Position numbers and translations under genes: made by a program | From: a virus | Taxonomy: Duplodnaviria > Heunggongvirae > Uroviricota > Caudoviricetes | Direction: 5' to 3' (one strand) | Length of the DNA stretch: 64,000 bases | IMG/VR virus record: IMGVR_UViG_3300013121_000049 | Location: 80,253 to 144,252 of that record | Shown here: positions 45,408 to 55,228 of the stretch, in pieces | How positions within the stretch are numbered: position 1 is the first letter of the stretch | How the letters are laid out: each line of letters starts with the position of its first letter | Notes under the pieces: generated by a model | Database searches by the model: none | Seen by the model: only the letters and a program-made list of their open reading frames with translations | What the model was told of the DNA's origin: nothing

Positions 45408-46081
45408 TGCCCGCCGTCACCCTGCAATGGTCGCCTGCCTGGAAAAACGACATCGGCCATTCCGGCTGGATCATCCCGGCCTACCGGGACTGGATGTACC
45501 CGATTCGCGAAGGCGACCTGCTGGCCCACGATGTCCTGCAGCACATCTCTCCGGAGCAAGACGGCTCCGTCGCCAAGGAGATCTCCGCGCTGGGCGCCGC
45601 CGCTTTTACCCACTTTCTGTCCGGCGGCCTGCACCATCCCATGTATACGCCCGAAGAAGATATGGGGACCTCCCTCTCCAGCCTGGTCATCGAGCAGTTC
45701 GAAGTCAACAACGGGCGTCCGCTGGACCCACCGCCGCGCAATCGCCTGGTCCCGGACTTTGACTCGGAGTTCGGCTACATCTTCAGCCACTGCGAGGCAA
45801 GCTGCAGCGGACCGGCCAGAAGCTGGTTCCGCCGCCACGAACGCTCCGTTCGCCTATGGTTTGCCGACGGTTTTGCCCGCGCCCGCCGACGCTACGGCGA
45901 CCCGGGGTACGCGCTTATGCTGTTCCAAGCGGTTTCCCGCGCAGCTGATGGCCTGATCAAGCGCAGTATCGGCTTCGATGACTACCTGTCGGCCTCCGAT
46001 GAAGTCACCCTGCGCTATTGCATCGCCCGTCGTTCGGCAGAACTGATTGTCCCGCCTCACCTGGAGGAACTGCTCTTGTGA
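45407..46081 (+). CDS. hypothetical protein (224 aa)
   Basis: ORF with a TGATG overlap with the upstream gene. Confidence 0.55.
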   Translation: MPAVTLQWSPAWKNDIGHSGWIIPAYRDWMYPIREGDLLAHDVLQHISPEQDGSVAKEISALGAAAFTHFLSGGLHHPMYTPEEDMGTSLSSLVIEQFEVNNGRPLDPPPRNRLVPDFDSEFGYIFSHCEASCSGPARSWFRRHERSVRLWFADGFARARRRYGDPGYALMLFQAVSRAADGLIKRSIGFDDYLSASDEVTLRYCIARRSAELIVPPHLEELLL

Positions 46082-46380
46082 CCCTTCCCCCTGAACTGCG
46101 CGACGCGATACGCGCCCTGATCGACGAGCACCGGCTCACCCTCGTAGAGAAGGTCAGCGTGGACTCCGATGCCTTCGATACGAACGCCGAGTACCGCAAG
46201 GCCATCGCCGAAGCCAAGAAAAAGATCGGAGCGCGCCTGACCGACCGGCTCGCCCAAGTCGTTTCGAATCCGAAATCCCTTGGCTACGAGAACTACGCGG
46301 TATCCGTCGCCGTGCTCAAGAACCCCGACGCCCTTGTCAGCCGACTGCTGGCACTGTTGGATACCCGGGAAAAGCGGTAA
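46078..46380 (+). CDS. hypothetical protein (100 aa)
   Basis: ORF 46018..46380, trimmed to the GTG at 46078 that forms a GTGA overlap with the upstream stop. Confidence 0.45.
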   Translation: MTLPPELRDAIRALIDEHRLTLVEKVSVDSDAFDTNAEYRKAIAEAKKKIGARLTDRLAQVVSNPKSLGYENYAVSVAVLKNPDALVSRLLALLDTREKR

Positions 46381-46390
46381 CCTGAACCTT

Positions 46391-46399
46391 TGGTATAAG
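46391..46399 (+). promoter_or_regulatory. promoter-like motif TGGTATAAG
   Basis: Lies 19 nt upstream of the ATG at 46418. Confidence 0.45.
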
Positions 46400-46417
46400 C
46401 ATTTTGGAGACACCGCC

Positions 46418-46600
46418 ATGCTCGAAAAAAACGGTATGCTCAACCTGACTCAGGAGGAAATCCTGGCCATTCAACGCGGGCAAGTTCCGCAGCGTCTGGC
46501 CGAGGAGTTCGGGCAATCCCCTGCCCGTCTAAAGGAACTGGTGAAATCCGGGGAATACCGCAAAGACAACGCTAACCACAACGAGACAAACCATGACTGA
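46418..46600 (+). CDS. small putative DNA-binding (HTH-like) protein (60 aa)
   Basis: ORF 46280..46600, trimmed to the ATG at 46418 after a GGAGAC ribosome-binding site. It contains the helix-rich segment LTQEEILAIQRGQVPQRLAEEFGQSPARLKELV. Confidence 0.45.
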   Translation: MLEKNGMLNLTQEEILAIQRGQVPQRLAEEFGQSPARLKELVKSGEYRKDNANHNETNHD

Positions 46601-47462
46601 AGCAACTGAAATCTCCCTGCCCTCCATCCAAGGCATTCGCGAAGCGGCTGCCAAGCTTCCCAAGGACCTCAAAGCCAATGCGCTGGCCCTCTGCGATGAC
46701 ATGGAGCAAGTCATCGAAGGCTTGGGCGACAGCGACAAGATCTGGTACCCGACGCGCTTGCGCATCGTTCAAGGCACCACCAAGACCAAGGAGCTGACCA
46801 ACCCCGATGAAGCCGCCCGCGGCAGGCTGATCATCGGCAACACGGTGGTCGGCAAGGAAATGAACGTGTACGCTATCCGCCTGTGGAACAGCCGTACGCT
46901 GATGAACCCGGATGTCGACAAGACGAACGTCATGTGCACCTCTCCGGACGGCAAGTTCGGCACGCGCTACGGCCGCTGCGGCAGCGAGCACTGCCTGTAT
47001 GCCAAGTTCGACGAAGCGTCGAAGAAAGCCGTTCCCTGCCGGTCGAACCAGGATGCCATTCTGCTGACGGACGATTTCCGCCACATCCTGCACTTCCAGT
47101 TCTACCGCACGTCTTCGGACCTGGGCAAGAACTTCAAGGCCATGCTGTCCAAGGTCGGCCCGGAATACATGTTGCGAAAGCTGGCCTTCAAGACCGAGGA
47201 CTCGGAGAAGAAGGACACCGTCAGCGCACCGGCGATCAGCCGTACCGACGTGACGGCCGGCGGCGCCGAACGCGAGTTCATCCTGGCCGTCACCAAGTAC
47301 TACGCCGACCGCCGTCACTATGAGCTGGCTCGCCACGAAGCCTATCTGGCCGAGAAGCGCGCCCGCGGCCAAGAGGCTGAACCAGTCAGCCACGAGGATG
47401 TGCGCCGCATCGCCGTGGCGCAGGAGCAGGCCGGTGTGGAGACCGGCGGCATCGACCTCTAA
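46593..47462 (+). CDS. hypothetical protein (289 aa), possibly a recombination partner of the downstream nuclease
   Basis: ORF that overlaps the upstream gene by 8 nt. It has a Cys cluster CTSPDGKFGTRYGRCGSEHC. Confidence 0.55.
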   Translation: MTEATEISLPSIQGIREAAAKLPKDLKANALALCDDMEQVIEGLGDSDKIWYPTRLRIVQGTTKTKELTNPDEAARGRLIIGNTVVGKEMNVYAIRLWNSRTLMNPDVDKTNVMCTSPDGKFGTRYGRCGSEHCLYAKFDEASKKAVPCRSNQDAILLTDDFRHILHFQFYRTSSDLGKNFKAMLSKVGPEYMLRKLAFKTEDSEKKDTVSAPAISRTDVTAGGAEREFILAVTKYYADRRHYELARHEAYLAEKRARGQEAEPVSHEDVRRIAVAQEQAGVETGGIDL

Positions 47463-47474
47463 CCCCTACGAAGA

Positions 47475-47502
47475 AAGCCCGGGTACGCCCGGGCTTTTTT
47501 TT
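47475..47502 (+). terminator. intrinsic terminator (AAGCCCGGG-tac-GCCCGGGCTT followed by TTTTTT)
   Basis: A 9-10 bp GC stem followed by a T8 tract. Confidence 0.7.
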
Positions 47503-47522
47503 GCCCCAACTGAGGCCATTCC

Positions 47523-48425
47523 GTGGAAGACCTGAAAAAAGAGATCGTGCGGCGCGTCTCGGAGCCGCGAATACTGGTCATGGACGCCCCGCGAACCGGC
47601 CCGTGGTCAAACTCCAGCCTGAAAATGCTGGAAAAGTGCCCGATGTTCTGGTTCCTGGAAAAGGTCCTGAAGATACAGGCGCCCCGGGACCCGTCCTCAC
47701 AGACGTCCTACCTGAATGCACTGGGAAAGGCCGCGCACTACCTGCTGGAGCTTCGCCTGTCGGGGAGCAGCAAGCCCCGGGCGCTTCGTTTGGTGGAAGA
47801 GCAGTACCGCCTCTTGCTGCCGGACACCTGGTGGATAGCGTTCCATGACTTGATCCCCAACGTGGAATCCCTGCTCCTGAGGATCCACGACTTCATGCGC
47901 AAGGTCGTCGTCACCGACATCCTTGTCGAAACGAAGCTGGCATTCACCCATGACAAAAAAGCGGTGGAATTTGACGATCCCAGGGCTTTCTTCCGAGGCA
48001 TCATTGACCTTACCATCATGGTGGCTGACGGCCGAAGCATCATCATCGAACACAAGACCGGGGTTCCGGCGAGGTCATCCCTCGTCCCCTTCAACCGCCA
48101 GCTGGAAGGATGCTCTTCCCTGCTCCTGCTCGGCATGAATCCCGAGATCAAGGGAGTGCAGCCGTACTTGCATCACATCAAGGACGGCGTCGTCAGGAAG
48201 GGGCGGTATCTGCCGCGGCGCACCTTGACCGACAGAATCATTCCAGAGCTATATCACGACGTCAGCGACGCGCTGGCTCGTGTCCGCACGGAAGCGGTAT
48301 TTGATACCCGACGGGCCGGCAACACCCTGTGCCAGTACTGTCCTTACAACAACATTTGCAAAGGCCGAAACTCCTTCCTCAAGAGAGAGATCGTGCCGCT
48401 GACAGGAGCTTTCCTCCATGAGTAA
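47523..48425 (+). CDS. Cas4/RecB-like PD-(D/E)xK nuclease with a 4Fe-4S cluster
   Basis: Motif II GIIDLTI. Motif III IIEHKTG. A QPY motif. An N-terminal Cys (EKCPMFWF) plus C-terminal CQYCPYNNIC. GTG start after a GAGG motif. Confidence 0.75.
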   Translation: MEDLKKEIVRRVSEPRILVMDAPRTGPWSNSSLKMLEKCPMFWFLEKVLKIQAPRDPSSQTSYLNALGKAAHYLLELRLSGSSKPRALRLVEEQYRLLLPDTWWIAFHDLIPNVESLLLRIHDFMRKVVVTDILVETKLAFTHDKKAVEFDDPRAFFRGIIDLTIMVADGRSIIIEHKTGVPARSSLVPFNRQLEGCSSLLLLGMNPEIKGVQPYLHHIKDGVVRKGRYLPRRTLTDRIIPELYHDVSDALARVRTEAVFDTRRAGNTLCQYCPYNNICKGRNSFLKREIVPLTGAFLHE

Positions 48426-49308
48426 TCCGCCCCTCCGCACGCATGCCGCCCTTCTGGCCGGTCACGTCCCCAACCCTGAACTGGGCAACCTGCCCTCCCT
48501 CTCCCAGGATTACCTGGAAGAAGAACGCCGCAAGATCGAAGACTACGAGAAAATGGTCAAGCGCATGGGCGGCAAAGACCTCTCGCTGTCTTGCCTGCAC
48601 ATCGCCGCAATGGCCGGCTGGCGCCAGCGCTTCCAGACCGTGGTCGCCGGGGAGGATTGGGCCGGGAAAGGGCTTTGGCTGAACTTTGCCGCCGACACGG
48701 AATACGCGGAACTCCTGCAAGAACTGGGCATGGTGTGGTGTCACTGGAAGCGCTGCAACGAGCCGCACAATCCCCGGGTGATGATCGAGCTGGTGGACCT
48801 GGCCAGCGTCTTCTTCGACAAAATCCTTCAGGACCTCGGCGTTGAGGAATTTCAACCCAACATGCACCCGGACAGCCTGTCGACCAAGTTGGCTGACCTG
48901 GTCAACGCCACCTGGAGCCGCCACTTTGACTTCCTCGCGGAAGAAGGCATCCACGCCTCTGAAGAAACCACAGTCCTTTGCGCTTACCTGACTGAACTCA
49001 GGGAGTGCGTGGCGTCGATGAACCCGATCGAAGGCCTGGGCGTCATCGGTGCAATCCTCGCCATCCTCGGGCTGAACCCCCTGGACCTGTACGGATGGTT
49101 TCTGGGGAAGCAAATCCTCAACCTGTTCCGCCAGGAGCACGGTTACATGGAGGGTACCTACGTCAAGACCTGGGAAAACCGGGAAGACAACGAGCACCTC
49201 GCCACCCTTCTGCAACTCGCCCGGCAAGACGATTACAAGCAATTGCCGGCCAACGATGGCGCGGCGCTGCGTGACAATCTGAGCCGGATCTACCCCAACG
49301 CGGAGTGA
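48418..49308 (+). CDS. hypothetical protein (296 aa)
   Basis: ORF with a GGAG ribosome-binding site. It overlaps the upstream gene by 8 nt. Confidence 0.55.
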   Translation: MSNPPLRTHAALLAGHVPNPELGNLPSLSQDYLEEERRKIEDYEKMVKRMGGKDLSLSCLHIAAMAGWRQRFQTVVAGEDWAGKGLWLNFAADTEYAELLQELGMVWCHWKRCNEPHNPRVMIELVDLASVFFDKILQDLGVEEFQPNMHPDSLSTKLADLVNATWSRHFDFLAEEGIHASEETTVLCAYLTELRECVASMNPIEGLGVIGAILAILGLNPLDLYGWFLGKQILNLFRQEHGYMEGTYVKTWENREDNEHLATLLQLARQDDYKQLPANDGAALRDNLSRIYPNAE

Positions 49309-49314
49309 TCCCCC

Positions 49315-52236
49315 ATGAGCATGTTCCAGATCCTCAAGCGCGAAGTCCCCTTGCGCCAGGGGATCGAGCATTACACCGGGGCCAAGCTGACTTCCTGTGG
49401 AAGTCGTAACAGTCAACTCGAAGACACCTCCTGCCCGTTCTGCGGGCACAACGACTGCTTCAAGTGCCTCAGCGACGAGGATCAGGATATCCTCGTCCAC
49501 TTCCGATGCTATTCCTGCGGCCGGCAGGGCTCGGATACCGTGGCCTTCTACATGGAGCTGCACAACGCGAAGCCGGAGAACCGGGCAAAGAGCATCGAAG
49601 CCATCTATGCCGCCAAGCAGGTAGCCAAAGACTTCGATGTCCCCTGGCAAGACTTCGCCGCCGTGCAGCAAGAGATTCTCGACGTCACCGCCCGGTTCTA
49701 TCACTACTGCCTGACCGGGAACAGCGACCGGATCATCGTGGACGGCTACGACAACCTCAACCCGCTGAAGTACCAGACGGAGTACCGGAAGCACTCCTTG
49801 GAAGCGCTGGATGAGTTCGAGGTCGGGTGGGCGACCAAGTCCAATAGCCTGCAGGACTACCTGGAGGGGCTGGGCTACTCGGTAGAGGATTGCATCTCCG
49901 CCGGCGTCCTGGTTGAGCACAAGGACGAGAAGACCAAGAAGACGAAGGTAAACCCGCTGTTCTGGCCGGGGGTGTTCATCTATCCGCACTTCGTCGACGG
50001 AAAGGTCAGCCATTTCACCCAGAAAAGCCCGGACCCCCTGAAGCCATCCAAGCACCAGATGAAGGCCGAGCATTCCCGCAACGGCTACATGGTGTATGGT
50101 CAGGATGACGTCAAGCATGCCCGTCAGGTGTTCGTCGTTGAAGGGGAGAACGACCGGATATCCCTGTGGGAGCACCTGAAGGGGAAGGCCGCGGTCATCG
50201 CCCTGATCGGTCAACCCTCGAAGAAGCAATGCGACTGGATCGCCGCCAACCTCCGGGACAAGGACGTCTACACCATCTTCGACAATGACGACGCCGGGGA
50301 CAAATACCGGACGGTGTTCCAGGGGCTCAGCCTGGCTCGCCTGAAGCAGTTCAAGGTTCCGGGAAAATGGAAAGACATCGATGAGTACCTGAAGAAGGAT
50401 CCCGCTGCGGAACTGGAGCGTCTTGTCCCTGCCGTCATCAAGCTGGATACCGAAAACGCCCGTACCCCGGAAGACGGCAAGGACGGCACCGGCAGCTTGC
50501 GCGGCGTGTTCGAGGAGGGCAACTGCTACTACCGCCTCAGCATCGACCGGAAGGGAAACGCCGAGCCCGTCAAGGTCAGCAACTTCACCATGCGCCTGCA
50601 ACGGGTCTACGTCTACGAAAAGGACGACACCCGTGAACGCGAGGTCATCATCGTCAAGGAAGATGGCACGGAGGCCCCGGTCCCCTTGCTGGTCGATTCC
50701 CTGGTGAAGACCCGGCTGCAGGACTTCCGCAAAGCCATCGCAGACGTCGCCGACGTCGCGTTCTACGGAGGCGATCAGGACCTGCATGCGGTGTGGGACG
50801 CCGTGTACAACAAGCAGGAGGGGAAAGTCATCCGGGTGCCCATGGAGATAGGCCACCAGTACAACGGCGGATGGGTGTTCCGCGACTGCTACATCGACCC
50901 CAAGGGAGAGGTTTTCCCGGCAACCCGCGACGGGCTGATCCCGGTCCATGACGAATACCTGTTCCCCATGGGTGTCACCATCCAGACCAACGCCCGACGC
51001 AAGCACAGGCAACGTCACGGTATCCCCTCCCTGATCATCCCCTACGACAAGACGGAGGCCGAGCACGAAGCCTTCTTCCAGGAGTTCTGCCACCACTTCA
51101 TCCGGAACATCGGCGACGTTGGCATGGCTGTCTGCATGCTGGCCTGGGCCAAGGCCTGCGCCTTCAGCCACCAGGTCTTTGAGCACTATCGGTTCTTCCC
51201 GTTCCTCTACCTGTGGGGCCGGTTCGGCAAAGGCAAATCCACGGTGTCCTACTGGCTGCTCAACCTGTACGGAATGCGCGGCATCAGCGAAAACAGCCTG
51301 TCCCGCCTGGAGAGCGGCGTCGGCTTCAATCGCATGATGGCGACCTACAGTTCCCTGCCCGTCCTGCTGGAGGAGATGCGGGCAAACAAGGAAGCGTCCG
51401 ACCTACACGGCACCATCCGCTCCTGGTACAACCGGGTGCCCCGCCCCATGGGCGACCGCCGCGACGCCTCCGTGATCGTCAGCCAGCCCGTCCGCGCCTG
51501 CCTGATGTTCAACGGGGAGGACGTGCTGACCGACCCGGCGGCGCGATCACGGTGCATCGAGTTCCAGTTCCCCCCGGAGGAGAAGCGGGACCTGGATGTC
51601 TCCTACACCTGGATTGAAGGCCACGCGGAAGAACTGCCGTCCATCGGTCTCCGCTGGATCCGGGAGAGCCTCACCACGGACTACGAGGCGCTGTTTGCCG
51701 ACATGAAGCGGGTGGAACGCATGCTGCTGGCCGGGGCGACCAAGGACCGCCGCGTCGCCCAGCAGTGGAGCCTGATCGGCGTATTCGCAGACCATCTGTT
51801 CTCCGACCTGGGCCTGGACCCCGTCCAGTACAGTCTGGAGGCTTTCCTGATCGCCGCCTGCAAGGGGAGGTCGGAGGACATCCGCGAGGAGAACATCGTC
51901 ACCCAGTTCTTCCAGATGGTGGAGGGTATCCAGGTACAGAAAAACTCGCCGATCATGGTTGGCGAGCACTTGCGTGTCGCCGGGGACCAGATATTCCTGT
52001 GGGTGCCCGAGCTCTGGCAGATTTGCCAGCGCGAACGCGAAGCCCTCCGGAACAGCGCCACCACGTTCTCCTCGAAGGCCCTGCTCAATAGCCTGAGGGG
52101 GGAGCCCTACTACCAGGACACGGCGGCTCGCAAGATGGGGATGTCCGGCACCAACCGGAAAGTCGTCATTCTGCGCCTGGAAGAGGGTATTCCTGACAGT
52201 TTGAAGGCCATCGCGGCCCTCGCCGAAGCCGAGTAG
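49315..52236 (+). CDS. DNA primase fused to a helicase: Zn-binding domain, TOPRIM domain, and a C-terminal P-loop NTPase
   Basis: CHC2-type Zn finger (SCPFCGHNDCFKC...CYSCGRQG). TOPRIM acidic motifs (VFVVEGENDRISL, TIFDNDDAGDKY). Walker A GRFGKGKST. Confidence 0.88.
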   Translation: MSMFQILKREVPLRQGIEHYTGAKLTSCGSRNSQLEDTSCPFCGHNDCFKCLSDEDQDILVHFRCYSCGRQGSDTVAFYMELHNAKPENRAKSIEAIYAAKQVAKDFDVPWQDFAAVQQEILDVTARFYHYCLTGNSDRIIVDGYDNLNPLKYQTEYRKHSLEALDEFEVGWATKSNSLQDYLEGLGYSVEDCISAGVLVEHKDEKTKKTKVNPLFWPGVFIYPHFVDGKVSHFTQKSPDPLKPSKHQMKAEHSRNGYMVYGQDDVKHARQVFVVEGENDRISLWEHLKGKAAVIALIGQPSKKQCDWIAANLRDKDVYTIFDNDDAGDKYRTVFQGLSLARLKQFKVPGKWKDIDEYLKKDPAAELERLVPAVIKLDTENARTPEDGKDGTGSLRGVFEEGNCYYRLSIDRKGNAEPVKVSNFTMRLQRVYVYEKDDTREREVIIVKEDGTEAPVPLLVDSLVKTRLQDFRKAIADVADVAFYGGDQDLHAVWDAVYNKQEGKVIRVPMEIGHQYNGGWVFRDCYIDPKGEVFPATRDGLIPVHDEYLFPMGVTIQTNARRKHRQRHGIPSLIIPYDKTEAEHEAFFQEFCHHFIRNIGDVGMAVCMLAWAKACAFSHQVFEHYRFFPFLYLWGRFGKGKSTVSYWLLNLYGMRGISENSLSRLESGVGFNRMMATYSSLPVLLEEMRANKEASDLHGTIRSWYNRVPRPMGDRRDASVIVSQPVRACLMFNGEDVLTDPAARSRCIEFQFPPEEKRDLDVSYTWIEGHAEELPSIGLRWIRESLTTDYEALFADMKRVERMLLAGATKDRRVAQQWSLIGVFADHLFSDLGLDPVQYSLEAFLIAACKGRSEDIREENIVTQFFQMVEGIQVQKNSPIMVGEHLRVAGDQIFLWVPELWQICQREREALRNSATTFSSKALLNSLRGEPYYQDTAARKMGMSGTNRKVVILRLEEGIPDSLKAIAALAEAE

Positions 52237-52620
52237 CCGTTTCGGCTACCTCCGGCTACCTAACTGCTACTTCGCGTTTATCTTCAAGTAGCCGGGCAAA
52301 CCGTTGCGCCCCAACGGTTTCAGCTCTCCGGCTACCTCGGCTACCTCGGCTACCAAAAAAGTATGACGTCATATATACGTACATGTGCGCGTACGGTATT
52401 GACCGCCTAGTCACAGAAAAGTGTTGACATTCTCGTTTTCACTTGATCTAGGATTGTAGGACAATATATATCTCTTATATATATATAGTCTTTTTCAGAA
52501 AGTAGGTAGTAGAGGTAGCCCAAACGCTGAATCCCTTGCGCCCCAAAGATTTGCTCGGCTACCAAAAGGTAAAAACGAAGTAGCAATTAGGTAGCCGAGG
52601 TAGCCCGGCCTCGGGTATAA
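52237..52620. repeat. putative replication origin: GGCTACC iterons (direct and inverted, at least ten copies) flanking an AT-rich core at 52462-52486, plus palindromes TGACGTCA and TAGCCGtttCGGCTA
   Basis: CGGCTACCTCCGGCTACC at 52246. CCGGCTACCTCGGCTACCTCGGCTACC at 52327. GGTAGTAGAGGTAGCC at 52503. GGTAGCCGAGGTAGCC at 52589. Core AATATATATCTCTTATATATATATAG. A duplicated TTGCGCCCCAA. Lies immediately downstream of the primase-helicase gene. Confidence 0.55.
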
Positions 52621-52621
52621 G
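52613..52621 (+). promoter_or_regulatory. promoter-like motif GGGTATAAG
   Basis: Lies 20 nt upstream of the ATG at 52641, which has an AGGAGG ribosome-binding site. Confidence 0.45.
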
Positions 52622-52640
52622 AACGACAGGAGGCATCCTT

Positions 52641-53549
52641 ATGACTGAAACCGTTTACACCACCCCCTCCGGCCGCTTCCGGGTCGACGCTGAGCTGGAT
52701 GACGACGCCGAGAACCCCTGGAAAGACTGCGATACCGGCTTCGAATACCACTTCGAGGCCGGTCGATACATCAGCGACATCAGCAAAGACTTCCCCATGG
52801 ACTGCCACCCAGGCGGCCCGCGCTTCAAGGCCGGCCATCCGGACTACTGGTGGTACCCCGTGTACGCGTACATCCACAGCGGCATCACGGTCTCCCTGTC
52901 TCCGTTCTCCTGCCGCTGGGACTCCGGCGTCCTGGGGTGGGTGGCCGTCAAAAGGCCAAGCCGTGGCGGCGAGTGGCGCCGTCAAAAGGACTTCCTCAAG
53001 TACCTTCAGGGAATGATCGATGTTTACGACGACTACCTCACCGGCAACGTCTACGGATACCTTGTGGTCGATACGAAGACCGGGGACGAACTGGACTCCT
53101 GCTGGGGGTACTACGGAAACGACCACGAAAAGTCCGGGCTGCTGGAAGCAGGAAAAGCCCAGGCTGACTACTACGAATCCCAACTGGAGATCTGCATGAA
53201 CACTCGCCCCGTCCACGACAAGGACACCCTTTACCCCTTCTTCTGGGTCACCGCTGTCGTCCAGATAGAAGAGCCCGACTCGCCCGGCAAGTTCTACTAC
53301 CGCGACGCCGAGACCGATGATGACGCCACGCATTTCGGCGTCTACCGCTACAACCCGCCGGGCGCCGACGGCATCAGCGTTTGCGACCACATCTGTGACT
53401 GCCCTACCCGGCCGGTCGCCGAGCGGATCCGGGACACACTGGACCTGCTGCGCAACAGCATCAACGGTATCCTGCCCTGGCTCCCCGAAGAGACCGAGGC
53501 CAAGCGCAAGAATGCGCTGTCTCTTTACCAGACCGGGGATAAGTCATGA
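52641..53549 (+). CDS. hypothetical protein (302 aa), Trp/Tyr/Asp-rich
   Basis: ORF with a strong ribosome-binding site. It is the first gene after the origin-like region. Confidence 0.6.
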   Translation: MTETVYTTPSGRFRVDAELDDDAENPWKDCDTGFEYHFEAGRYISDISKDFPMDCHPGGPRFKAGHPDYWWYPVYAYIHSGITVSLSPFSCRWDSGVLGWVAVKRPSRGGEWRRQKDFLKYLQGMIDVYDDYLTGNVYGYLVVDTKTGDELDSCWGYYGNDHEKSGLLEAGKAQADYYESQLEICMNTRPVHDKDTLYPFFWVTAVVQIEEPDSPGKFYYRDAETDDDATHFGVYRYNPPGADGISVCDHICDCPTRPVAERIRDTLDLLRNSINGILPWLPEETEAKRKNALSLYQTGDKS

Positions 53550-53920
53550 GCGAGAAAAGTCACGTCTCCATGGAGCAGCACGCCTGCCTGGTCTGCACCA
53601 AGCTCTTTGACACCGGCGCCATCTTGCTGGATAAGCGTCTTCAAGCCAGCATGGACAACACTACGGTAACCGGGTGGGGTCTCTGCCCGGAACATCAGGC
53701 CAAGTGGGACGAAGGGTACATCGCCCTTGTCGAAGCCACGCCTGGGAACCCCCCTGGGCGCACCGGTCGCCTTGCCCATATCCGCCGGGAAGCTTGGGGG
53801 AAACTTTTCGACGTTCCTCCCCCCAGTCACCACGGCAAGCCCCTGCCCTTGGCCTTCATCGAGCCCGAGGCTTTCGAAAAGCTTGCCGCCCTTGCCACCC
53901 ACACGGACAATCCGGAATGA
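53546..53920 (+). CDS. Zn-finger protein (124 aa)
   Basis: Cys pattern CLVC...CPEH. ATGA overlap with the upstream gene. Confidence 0.55.
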   Translation: MSEKSHVSMEQHACLVCTKLFDTGAILLDKRLQASMDNTTVTGWGLCPEHQAKWDEGYIALVEATPGNPPGRTGRLAHIRREAWGKLFDVPPPSHHGKPLPLAFIEPEAFEKLAALATHTDNPE

Positions 53921-54909
53921 AATACGAACACACCATCGACTTCACTACCGGCGACGGCCTGGGCATCCTCACCTTGAAGCCCGTGAACGGGGTGGCCGAC
54001 GAAAAAACCCGCGACCTGATTCGCAAGCTGATCGCGCGGTGCCCTGATGGCTGCAAGACTCTGCATGTGTTCTTGCAGCCGCTCGGGAAAAACTCCTGGG
54101 CTTTTCGTATCATGCAGAAAGTGGGTGTCACATGGTCGACTCTGGTCTTCGAGGAGTTCACCGATGCCGGCTTCGGCAACATCCTCTTCATGGCCAAAGC
54201 GCTGGCCTGGGCGGAGGCCGGGACAGTGATCGTGGAGACCCGTATCCCTGCCTACAGTCGCCGTGAAGACCTCATTCCGTGGGTCATCTCCATGTCCCGG
54301 CAGTGCCTGATGTTCCACCCGGACGACGACCCGGCAGACGTCATCCGCAGTTTGACAGGCGAACCCTTGTTCACCTCGGAGGAGTGCGTCGTCCTGCGCC
54401 AGCAGATCGAGAAGATGCGTGCAGACTGGGAGGATGACCTGTACGTCGTGCTCAATGCCTTTGCCGCCGGTTTCGGCCGAGACGGCTTCGGAGTGGGATA
54501 CCTTGATGCGAGGAAGGCGGTGCTCTACTCGGAAGACGAGGAGAAACGGATCCACGACTACTTCACCGAGCAGGTCAAGCAAGCCGCTACCCTGCTGGCG
54601 TCCATCAAGGATACTGTGAATGCGGAAGGCCCGGGATACCCGACCGTGTCTCAGGCACATCTGTTGACTATCCTGGCCGACCGCACAGCGACCCGCGACG
54701 TCCTTTCGCATCTGGAGCCTGTCCTGGAAGACCCGCCTCCGCGGAAGACCCGCATCACCGACCGGCTACACGGCATCATCAACGATATGATCCGCAGCAA
54801 CGTTGGTACGTTCTCTTCCGCGTACCATGCCTCCGTGCACAAATCCGCCAGCCATTACTTGCGTGTCCTGGAGAATCCCAGTGGCATCTCGTCCAAGATC
54901 CCCGATTGA
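53917..54909 (+). CDS. hypothetical protein (330 aa)
   Basis: ORF 53674..54909, trimmed to the ATG at 53917 that forms an ATGA overlap. Confidence 0.55.
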   Translation: MKYEHTIDFTTGDGLGILTLKPVNGVADEKTRDLIRKLIARCPDGCKTLHVFLQPLGKNSWAFRIMQKVGVTWSTLVFEEFTDAGFGNILFMAKALAWAEAGTVIVETRIPAYSRREDLIPWVISMSRQCLMFHPDDDPADVIRSLTGEPLFTSEECVVLRQQIEKMRADWEDDLYVVLNAFAAGFGRDGFGVGYLDARKAVLYSEDEEKRIHDYFTEQVKQAATLLASIKDTVNAEGPGYPTVSQAHLLTILADRTATRDVLSHLEPVLEDPPPRKTRITDRLHGIINDMIRSNVGTFSSAYHASVHKSASHYLRVLENPSGISSKIPD

Positions 54910-54976
54910 GACGCACTTGCTGATCCTGACCCTGTTCAGGACGCATGTCTGGCTTACCGCGCCGCTGGTCCACCGC

Positions 54977-55228
54977 ATGCTGACACGTCATGGCTTTGAA
55001 TATTCGCTGCGGTCCACGCAGCGATTCATTGCCGACATGACAAGGACCGGCATGCTGGTTGTCCACCCGGAGGACCCGCAGCCATCGGAACACATGCGGC
55101 GCGGCCTCAACCCCGACCATCCGGTTGTCCGGGCGTGGGTGACCGGCGAACCGGTGCCCTACCCGACGTTCAAACAATCCGTTTCCCTGAGCCGCGGCCC
55201 GCGGCTCCCTCTTCAGGTGAATCCATGA
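54977..55228 (+). CDS. small hypothetical protein (about 83 aa; possible HTH); start uncertain (a TTG at 54917 is an alternative)
   Basis: ORF 54803..55228. Its upstream part overlaps the previous gene. Its stop forms an ATGA overlap with the GHKL gene. Confidence 0.3.
   Translation: MLTRHGFEYSLRSTQRFIADMTRTGMLVVHPEDPQPSEHMRRGLNPDHPVVRAWVTGEPVPYPTFKQSVSLSRGPRLPLQVNP

Noticed and set aside
48379-51186. 935 aa minus-strand ORF (also 57215..58903, 60107..61105, 61145..62353, 59399..60079, 53827..54711, 52587..53390, 46572..47393, 39164..40651, 37245..38480)
   Set aside because: Long stop-free antisense frames opposite genes with clear motifs (primase-helicase, PolA, SPFH, helicases). Their composition is Arg/Gly/Pro-rich. 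They are GC-driven artefacts.
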